A DNA stretch of 64,000 nt from the human T2T-CHM13v2.0 reference genome, Homo sapiens. The translations under genes and the position numbers were made by a program. Below are positions 14,266-23,811 of the stretch, piece by piece. Position 1 is the first letter of the stretch. Each line of letters starts with the position of its first letter. The notes under the pieces were generated by a model. It was not told where the DNA came from, ran no database searches, and saw only the letters and a program-made list of their open reading frames with translations. The DNA is taken from assembly GCF_009914755.1 (NCBI RefSeq), contig NC_060926.1; one strand, 5' to 3'.

Positions 14266-14633
14266 CCCATAATTTCCTTTTAAGCGGTTGGCAGAAGAGG
14301 GTATTTGTGTTCTGTCATTGATTTTGCCGCTTCCTCTCACCACTTCTTGTGGTTTTCATAGAAGTTCTGAGTAGCAATGCTGCAGAGGCAACTCTTCCAA
14401 GACTAACTCGTTCAGCTTACGGAGCTCCAGAGTTTATGTTATTTGTAAAGCTGACTTCCTCAGATTTCATCAGATATCTTTGAGAAACAAAAAGACCCTG
14501 ACATGACCTTTCTCATTATGTATTCTGTTGACATTGCAAGGAGAAAGAAAAACCCACAGAATACTGAACAATGCTTATCGTAGTTAAAAGAAGAAAACAC
14601 ATTCTATAATTATGTGCTTAATAACCCTCATGA

Positions 14634-14927
<294 letters not shown>

Positions 14928-15464
14928 AACCCTCATGAAACCTTAATAATCAATGTTGTAAATAAATTATTCACACCAGGAACAAAATAATAAAGATTAT
15001 TATAGTTCAATTGAATTATCTAACAAAGAGTCCATAATCCACCGTGACATTTCTTGGATATTTTCAGAAGAATTGATGTAGTTAAGCTTAGGCAAACCAT
15101 ATTAGAGAGATAAGTGTAGAGCCTACCTTTAATAAGATCTCTAGAGAAGATACTTCTACAACCTTCAGAAGCTCACTGACAGTATTTAATAAAACTTACA
15201 CGACGTACTTATGTTATCAGAAGAAAGATTTAAACTTCTATATGAAAAAATGACATTGTAGAATTGGAGAACTGGTCATACAATAGTAGGAACAGGGACT
15301 GCCTTCACTGAGCTCCATGCAGTTTGTAAACTTTATTTTATTTAACCTATTGTGAGCTTTATAATGCAAGTATCATGAAAGAACTACAGTGCCAGCAAAT
15401 AATGGGTATTTAAAGATTTGTTTTGTTAAACTGAGGCCTCACCAAAACATCATAAAACAGATGA

Positions 15465-15575
15465 CTTTGTCCCTATTTTGCAGTTGAGGAAAAAGACTCA
15501 AAGAGATGAATTAGCTTTCTCAAGATAACATACCAGCAATCGTTTGAAAACACAAGTTTATCTGATACGAAAGCT
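15465..15575 (-). mobile_element. MIR fragment
   Basis: ccctattttgcagttgaggaaaaagactcaaagagatgaattagctttctcaagat is a reverse MIR core. Confidence 0.6.
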
Positions 15576-15649
15576 TCCCTGGATAGATCTGCTCTATTGT
15601 GACATTTTAAAACATACATTTTTTTTATTAGCTGAATTTATATTTTCAG

Positions 15650-15784
15650 GTATTTTCTTACACTGCTGACAAAGAAATCCGAACCGATGACTTGTGCTTG
15701 GATGTTTCTAGACTCAATGGACCTGTAATCATGTTAAAATGCCACCATATGAGAGGAAATCAGTTATGGGAATATGATGCTGAG
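15650..15784 (+). CDS. GALNT13: GALNT13 penultimate coding exon (ricin-type lectin domain, beta repeat), 135 nt, phase 0/0
   Basis: Acceptor tattttcag|G, donor GAG|gtatag. Translates to [45 protein letters not shown], with CLD and QLW ricin motifs, as recalled for GalNAc-T13. Confidence 0.97.
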
Positions 15785-18054
15785 GTATAGTATTTTCTTA
15801 ATTTACTTATTATTTGATGCTTAAGCTCAGTTATATATTTCAACATTCAACATTTAAATCTTAAGCTGGTTTTTATCTACATTGGCAGAATTAGATTTTC
15901 AAGCATGCAGGCTCATATCCGGTAACATTAGGATGGCATATCATATAAACAGGTTTCACCAAATTGGTCCATTAATATAAAATATGAATGAGGACAATAA
16001 AATCAGTTTTGTGTATGACAACTTGTTATCTCCATGTACATGCCAAACATAAATTAGGCAAGAGGTAAGCTAAGCCTATCTGAGAGGTTTGTATGAAGAT
16101 GTGCATACAGGATAATATTGACAATATGTCCATATTTTCAAATTTTAAATTTTACAATACTAATCACTGACATTTATGTTCCTCAACTGGAAGGAACAAT
16201 ATCTGACAAGATTAACAAGATTTCTTTACTGTTTACAGTTGTAAATATTTTGCAGAATTCAGTAAACTAATTAGTCACATAAAAAGTTGAGTAGCCTCTT
16301 CTCAATATAGCACACCTTTCTGACAGAGAAGAGGGAGAGAAAACCACAAAATTACTGTTGGAAATTTATCTCCAGGCAGTGTGTAAAAACCAGATCAGCC
16401 ATCAGATGGAGCTAATAAAAAAGAAATATTTTCCTTTGCATAAGGAAGCTTACTCTTGAAAACAGCTTCATTTCTTTCAGTTTTCTTTTTTGATTAACAA
16501 AATGAATTGGTTGTCTGTGTTACATTTCCCACATTATTAAGTGGTAGGTGATTTATTTAAAAGGAAAACTAAACTTCGTTCTGCTTAAAAGATAAATACT
16601 ACTATAGAGGTAAATGAGTCTCACAGATGCAGTATTCCATGCAAGCCTAAAATTTTCTACAAGAATAACATTTTAAAAACCAATCTACAGAGTTTTTGGT
16701 ATTGTTGATATTTTAGCAAGACCTTTTAAAAACCTTTTTGAATGTCGTTTTAATATTTGCATGAGTCTGTAGTTTCTTAAGTTGAATACTAGAAAAATTT
16801 ACTGAATTCTCATAGGATTTGAAACTGGTTGTGCAGGGTTAATTTTGGGCCTAACACTCATACAGTGTTACCAGGATCTTAGGACACAAAATCATCTTCT
16901 GGGCCATAATTGAGGGCAAACACTGAGAATTCTTCCTATGTTGTACCAGTGTGATTAAGATGCTACTGCCTTCGCTATATCTTACTCACCTTGTCTGACC
17001 ACCAATTTTTTTCTCTTCAACTATTATTTATTGGTACCATCCTTGATATTAAGCCTACAGAAAACAGTGCCTTTGCAAAATACATGTAGGTAAATCCTTC
17101 ATCAGTACTCTCTTCTATGAGGAAAAGTGCAGTAAAATGTACAGATATAGTAGAAATCCTGTAAGTGATATTTGTTTTTAAATAAAACTTGTTCTTCTTG
17201 TTGTTACTGTTCCGTTTCTACCAGGAACCTGGGGCTCTACTGAGCTTATGCTAAAAATAAGAAAATCTAGAATATATTTATTAAGAAAGGGGAATGATCG
17301 TGTACATTTTTATAAAAGCAAGCAGTGTGGAATTTTAGAATACCACTTTTAATCTTTAAACTTTTCCATAACTCTTGAGTGAACAATGTCATAACTCAAA
17401 TTCTTTCATTTCTCAAATAACTACTGTTAGCAATTTGGTGTATATTTTGGTTTACATTTTCTGTCAGCTAGTAGCAATGCTATTGAATACTAAGGAATTT
17501 TAAGTAAAAAGTGAAAAAAAAAATAGGTAGCTTCACATAGGTAGATAAATAAATGATTTCTATAAATTTACTCTTTTGGATGACTAGTAGTTATCTGTTG
17601 CAGTATTTCAGAGCACTATAATATTTTGTGTCATGTTTACTTTGACTTTGGAACACACGCACAAAAAGCTTATAAAATGTCATAAATATTGAGAAATTTT
17701 TATTTTAAATAATTTGATCATCTGAATTATATAGCTTAATTAAATTCTCTTATATGTTTATGTTTTCAAAATTAACTAGTGATGTTTACATTGTCTAATG
17801 ACAGCACTTTGCCAAATTAAAAAATGCATAGGTCATAATCTAATAAATGACATGAGAATAGAGCAATTGTAGGAATAATACATTGCCTTTCTGGAAATTT
17901 CAGCTTTGATGTGCGATTATATTTTTGAGAAGGTCGTTAAAAAGGATTTTTTTTAAACAAAATTGAAATATAACATTTATTACTATGCTTTTCAGTTTTA
18001 CATTTAGGGTTTCTTTAGTTCACAGAATGGTTCCACCCCTTGCTACCCACAGGG

Positions 18055-18190
18055 TGATTCCAGGAGTAGTAGCATCACCTGGGAACTTGTTAGAAATGCA
18101 GGATCCGAACCCATGCTAAACACACTGAATCCAAGTTTGTATTTTAACAAAATCTCCGATCATTCATATACATATTTACATTTGAAAAGG
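18055..18190 (+). mobile_element. MER5A-like hAT-Charlie MITE
   Basis: agcatcacctgggaacttgttagaaatgcag...actgaatcc...ttttaacaaaatctcc. Confidence 0.75.
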
Positions 18191-18879
18191 ACAGGGTCAA
18201 ATATCTATGTATCTTCCATAGTCTTTTTATACACTGGTTAAAGAATGTTACAAATTTAGGAAAAGGCATGAATACAATTTGGAAAATGGCAAGGCCTCCA
18301 GAGGGGAGCAGAGAGAGGGAAAGGGAGCAAAAGGATAAGAGGTGTTGAGATGAGAAAGAGGAATAATTGCTCAGTGGTTCTATTCTTCTCATATTCCAAC
18401 CTGTGGAAAGTAAATGCGCACTGCTTACTACTTTAACTCAATTCTTTATCTTTTGCTGGCAAGGACAAAATTATTCTTTGAAAAATCTCTGAGGTGGTGC
18501 AGATTCAAGGCAGAATAAAAATTGTTGGAGTTCATAGAATTACAGAACTGAAATGTACCTTAAAGTTCTCTCCTTTAAGCCTTTATCAGGAGGAACTAAA
18601 GCACAAAGATTACACCGCTAGCAGCAGAGCTAGGATTCAGGTCCTAATAAAGTATTCCAAGCAAGCTAGCTATCAGTACAATTGTGAATCTCACCATGTG
18701 AACAGCACAAATATTCCATCACCTTATCTCCCATAGTCCTTTCAATCTTAGAAAAGAAAGTCATAAATAGAAGCAAGATTGTTGGAATATCCAGAGAAAA
18801 ATGGAAACAGTGTCATGAAGCCTCAAAAGATGGAATCTATCCAGCTACTTTGGTTTTGTTTACTTCTTAGGTGAGTGGG

Positions 18880-19070
18880 GGAAAAGAGAAGGAATACAGT
18901 TCAACACGTATTTATCTGTTTTCTCATGCAATTCTTACAACAGTCTTATAAGACAGTTATTCTATTTTTCACATTAGTAAAATGAAGCATAGGGTAAATG
19001 CCTCGTTTAAGTTTGCACAGCCAGATTCTGGCAGTAAATCCAGCAATTTTTCTACTACACTACATTGCCT
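18880..19070 (-). mobile_element. MIR fragment
   Basis: ttctcatgcaattcttacaacagtcttataag...attctatttttcaca...tttgcacagccagattctggcag. Confidence 0.55.
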
Positions 19071-21115
19071 CTTGATGTTGTCGAAAAACTGGAAATAATT
19101 AGATTCTCTTTCAGTGGTTAAGATATAATAAGCTAAATATACAGTATTTCAAATGGAATAGCTAAATGCTATCAGTTATTTGTTATGCCAAATTTTGAAC
19201 TAAAATTTCTCATTTTTTTAATAGGGGGAAAGGTGTTCTACAATAAATATGGTCCATTTAGCTAAATAAGCAGTCATAAAACTACTTTGTCATTTTGCTC
19301 TAATTGCTTACAAACTTCAGCTATACATATTCATAATATAATATCTAATTGCTTATCCTTGTAATTGAATGAAACTAAGCACATGTTAGTAATAAATGCA
19401 CTTCTTTGGTCAACTTTGATTTCAAGTGTAGTTTCTCACACCCCTAACTAAATAGTCCTTAAATAACCACGAATTCAATTCACTGTCATCTTATATGTGG
19501 CCTAACCTGTTTGAATTGAGGGCATCCTGGGCATCATTAGCAAAATTGTGGGGTACCTACGTGGTCTGGAAGCTTAAATAAATTGCACAAACCCTTCTGT
19601 GCCATGAAATGCCTATTGCCAGGATTAAATGAAAAGAAAAAAATTCATCTCACTGAGACATTTTAAAAATTATTTTTATAAAGTTCTGTCATCCATTAAT
19701 TCTATTGTTTTCAGGTGTTCTTATATTCTGTTTGAACATTATAATTATGTTCCAATCAATTTAGAATATTTCCCTATGATATGTGCACATAATTACATTT
19801 CTTTTTGAATAACTAGGCAGCTACATACAGTGTGAGAATCTAATTTTAGATCAGAACACTTATGTTCAACAAACACTATGCAACAAAGAAAAAAAGGGAG
19901 AAAAATATGATACTAAAAATAACTTATTTTTCATGTGACTGAGCAAGTTGACTTAGAAAATACTTGTTGTGAATTCTATATACATCTGTATCAAATAATT
20001 TCCAGAGTCACAATATAAGGAATTTTTTTCCATAGGTGAAATGTGTTAGATTAATATTTAGACTTTACTTACACTACCATCTTTTATTTACCTTTATTAG
20101 AGAGCAGGTAAATGGGATTATAATTTCAAGGTAAGTGATCTTTAAGTGCATCCCAGCCATTCCCCTGTGTAGCATTCCTAAGAAAAACAATGGCTCAATT
20201 TACCTTTTGAAGGTTGTGTGCATTACACAGTTATTACCTTTCCATATTCCTATTGACCCATAGCTGTGATTTCTTATTAGAAGTAGTGAGTAGGAATTTC
20301 AATAGATTAGCGTCATATTTGTAGTTCCTATATGTTAAATGATTACACTTCATATTTTATAATATTTCTGTTCGACTGAATGCGTAGATTACCTTGTCTG
20401 GAGATCATAATTAATGTTTTGAGTAACAACTTTGTTATATTAATTTTTAATTGTTATTCTATGCTTGATTAACAGAAGAACTCCTATTATCTTTGCTATT
20501 AAATTAAATATAGTACAAATTTATACTTATTTTGTATATGATTATATGTAATAACATAATTGATTGGGTTTTATTTTAATCTTTTACTATACCAACTTTT
20601 AAACTGAGACCTGTGCGATTGGCTCTTAAATCAACTATGCAGTCAGTTCATTAAAATATCTATTTTTTTAAATTAGTATGTTTTAATACCAAGGTATGGC
20701 CTAATTTTACAATATTAATGGCTCTTATTTTGTCACCAAAATTGTTTAGCCTGATTCCAGTTGGCTTTAAGTAGGAATTATATATTTGGAAGGGTAAAGT
20801 TAGAGATACTCCACGCTACATTTTATGTTAGTCAAACTTGCAAATATATTTAAAGGCATGAATCGTTAATATTTTTCTTATGTATTTTTACATGTTACGA
20901 TTAAAATATTCTACATTGCAGGCAATACCAAGGCTTTACATTCTAGAGGAGAACAATAAAGTAATACTATATTATAAACAAAACTCAATACTATCTTAGG
21001 GTTTAGATGATCCTATTTTTAGTCAATATTTTAAATAAAGCTATAGGAAAATATATTTGGCAGTAAGTTGCGTGTCAGCCTGGATGTCACATTGTCTTCA
21101 AAGTTGAGTTAATAT

Positions 21116-21246
21116 AGCTGGATGTAGTGGCATGGGCCTGTAGTACCAGCTACTTGGCAAGCTGAGATGGGAGGATTGCTAGAGCCCAGGAGTTCAAGGC
21201 CAGCCTGGGCAATATAGTGAGACCCTTTCTCTAAAACAAAACAAAA
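21116..21246 (+). mobile_element. Alu monomer (FLAM/FRAM-like)
   Basis: gcctgtagtaccagctacttggcaagctgagatgggaggattgctagagcccaggagttcaaggccagcctgggcaatatagtgagaccc plus A-rich tail. Confidence 0.85.
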
Positions 21247-21269
21247 GTAGACTAATTAGGCATTTGCAA

Positions 21270-22080
21270 CAAAAACAGATATAACTAAGGGTTGATATAC
21301 CTAATAAAGAGCATATCAACCCTTAATTACTATACTTTTTGAAAGGGAAATAGTATACCACATATAGAAATGTGCAAGGACTTGAATAAACAGCATAGTA
21401 GAAATGTAGCCAAAGAAAATGAAAAAAAGTTTTTAAAAAACATAAATAAAAATCATTTTATGTGTGTTACTGTATTCATTTCTTGCTTATCCTTTCAATA
21501 CAGCAAGAAATGTTTTTAGCAGCAACATGTAATATTGGTGAAGATGCAGTGAGACTGACACCCATAAAGTATCCTGGCAGATAGCAAGCACAAGAAGTGT
21601 TAGCTGCTGCTGCTATTATTACAAAATTACTGTTATAGATATATTTTAAAGGACTTTGCTGATATGTGTTAAAGTGTTCATGTATTTGACCTTGCAATTT
21701 CACTTCTAAGAATCATTTCCAAAGAAATAATGACAGATGTAGACGTTGATGTTCAGAGATATTTGCCATGTGTTATTAATAATGACAAATATCTCTGAAT
21801 ATCAATATATTGATCAAATATCTCTGAAATACAATATATTTTTGTTATTTGCAATAGCTCCAAATTGGAAAGATATTCCCTGCAAATAAAAAAGTTAAAT
21901 GGATTTTGGAAATTCATTTTAGAGAAATAGTTTATTTCTTAATAGTATGTTTGTAGATTATTTTAGTGATAGAAAAAATGCCCACAACATGAATAAAAGA
22001 ATATTTTATTATATGACCTCAATTGTATAAATACATAAAATTATTAGAACATACATACAATATTAATAATTGTTATCTTT
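21270..22080 (+). mobile_element. Highly decayed L1M(E) 3' fragment
   Basis: caaggacttgaataaaca, aatattggtgaagatgcag, tttgaccttgcaatttcacttctaagaat, ttatttgcaatagctccaaattggaaa. Confidence 0.6.
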
Positions 22081-22849
22081 TCAAACAGTATACTGAGAAA
22101 AAAATGAACTATGCTTTGTTTTCAAGCAAATGAAGACACTAAATAATTTTGTGTGTTTTTAAATGAAAAATAATTTTTGTCTCAATAAGGACAAGATTTG
22201 TAATTTTTCTTCTGGGCTATGGCTTTTTAGAAGTACCTGGAATGAAACTTCTTTGACTATTTTTTCATGGCCATTCATTTGATAAACACCTTTGGGACAT
22301 ATGTTACAGTCATTTTTTTAATGAAAATTCTATATTGTATTTATGCCCTGGGGTCATGTTTCCAGAGGATAAGCAAAATCATTTTGTTTTTGTTTTATGT
22401 CATAAAAATAATTTTTCTTCTATATTACAAACATAATTAACATCATTTACACTAATATCTTTGTTGTTAAAGTGGCATTTTCCAAGAAAAGTTCACTTCA
22501 AGGAGAAATATCACTGAGAGTAGAGGATGATCTAGCCTAGCAGTTTTGAACAGTATGGGTGGAAAATTCATGTTTGGTTTAAAAACAAAAATATAAACTA
22601 GTCTTCTTAAAAAATCAAGCTATATAGTTAACAATATTATTTATAGTTACAGTTTTAATATTAACTACATAGTTAATATTATGAATACAATGTTATTTTT
22701 TCTTTCTTTACAAATTATGTACTATTTTACTGTGGAAGATAAATCCTTGAAAACATAAATCCAATAATTTGTGTTCATTAAGCTGCCTGAGAGAAGTAGC
22801 TTAATTTTAACAGGATTTATTGTCTGCACTGGTCTTTCACTAAGTGTTT

Positions 22850-23000
22850 GAATCAACAGACTTACTTAGTGTCTCCCAAGGGCAGGCACGGAGCTTCAAG
22901 ATGTAGGTGGCCATAGTCTGTGGCTTTCCTGGAGCTTATGTTCCTATGGAGGAAATAGATGGAGAGCAAGAAACAGACAGATAAATTAATTAATTAAAAT
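22850..23000 (-). mobile_element. L2 3' fragment
   Basis: acttacttagtgtctcccaagggcaggcac...tggagcttatgttcctatggaggaaataga. Confidence 0.5.
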
Positions 23001-23625
23001 TGTTTGGAGAATTAGATTAAGAGTTAATCTTTTTCTTTTTCCTCCCTTCATTATCTACCTTTCTAATTGACATCTAACAAAGGTGGCAATGTACATGTGG
23101 AACACAACCCAGGTTAGCCTTGTAAAAACATAAGTGGGAGCAATTTGAGTACCATACTGTTCAAAGTAAAGCCTTAAAGCTAAATTATCCTCCGAATTTG
23201 TCCCTGATATTTATTTAATTTTAGGGTGAAAGAATGAGGAGGCCAAGGGCCATAGCTGGACTAATCAACTATTTTGAATATCCACTCGCAAATAACTCAT
23301 CTGGTACTAAAAAGCATTGTATTACTAGGATGAAGGCTGAGAATATAATCTTTTATATCTAAAATAACCTTTTGCCAAAAATATTTCATTATTTAATCGT
23401 AAGCCCCTCTCCATATTCTCAGTCTTATCTTCATTTACTCCTTCCTTATAGGGTTGATATTAAAGCCATCTAAAAAAATGTGGCTCACAGCTCCATGGAT
23501 ACAATTATTGTGACATGTGCCTTCCATCTTTATCCAGTAGAAATTGCATGTTGCCTAGGATGATTGATTTATTACTGTCTTTGTACTTGATTTTGTCATT
23601 ATTCGTTATTTTCTTTGTCAAACAG

Positions 23626-23811
23626 ACCCACACTCTTCTTCATATAATCACCCAGTCTTGTCTCTCAGTGAACAAAGTAGCTGATGGCTCCCAGCATCCT
23701 ACTGTGGAAACCTGTAATGATAGCACTTTGCAAAAATGGCTACTAAGAAACTATACAAGAATGGAAATTTTTAGAAATATTTTTGGGAATTCTACTGATT
23801 ACATTCTCTAA
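23626..23811 (+). CDS. GALNT13: GALNT13 alternative coding exon: diverged duplicate of the lectin gamma-repeat/C-terminal exon, with its own stop
   Basis: Pyrimidine tract plus aacag| acceptor in phase 0 with exon 15650-15784. Encodes THTLLHIITQSCLSVNKVADGSQHPTVETCNDSTLQKWLLRNYTRMEIFRNIFGNSTDYIL*, which aligns with the canonical last exon (TLxH, CL, PT, C, QxWLLRNxT). Second in-frame acceptor at 23655|23656; candidate donor GAG|gtttgt at 23823|23824. Confidence 0.9.
   Translation, partial: THTLLHIITQSCLSVNKVADGSQHPTVETCNDSTLQKWLLRNYTRMEIFRNIFGNSTDYIL

Noticed and set aside
23794-23811. C-terminal TDYIL of the alternative isoform as an ER-retrieval or PDZ motif
   Set aside because: Lacks the penultimate Glu of KDEL-like signals, and the terminus is luminal, so cytosolic PDZ binding is implausible.
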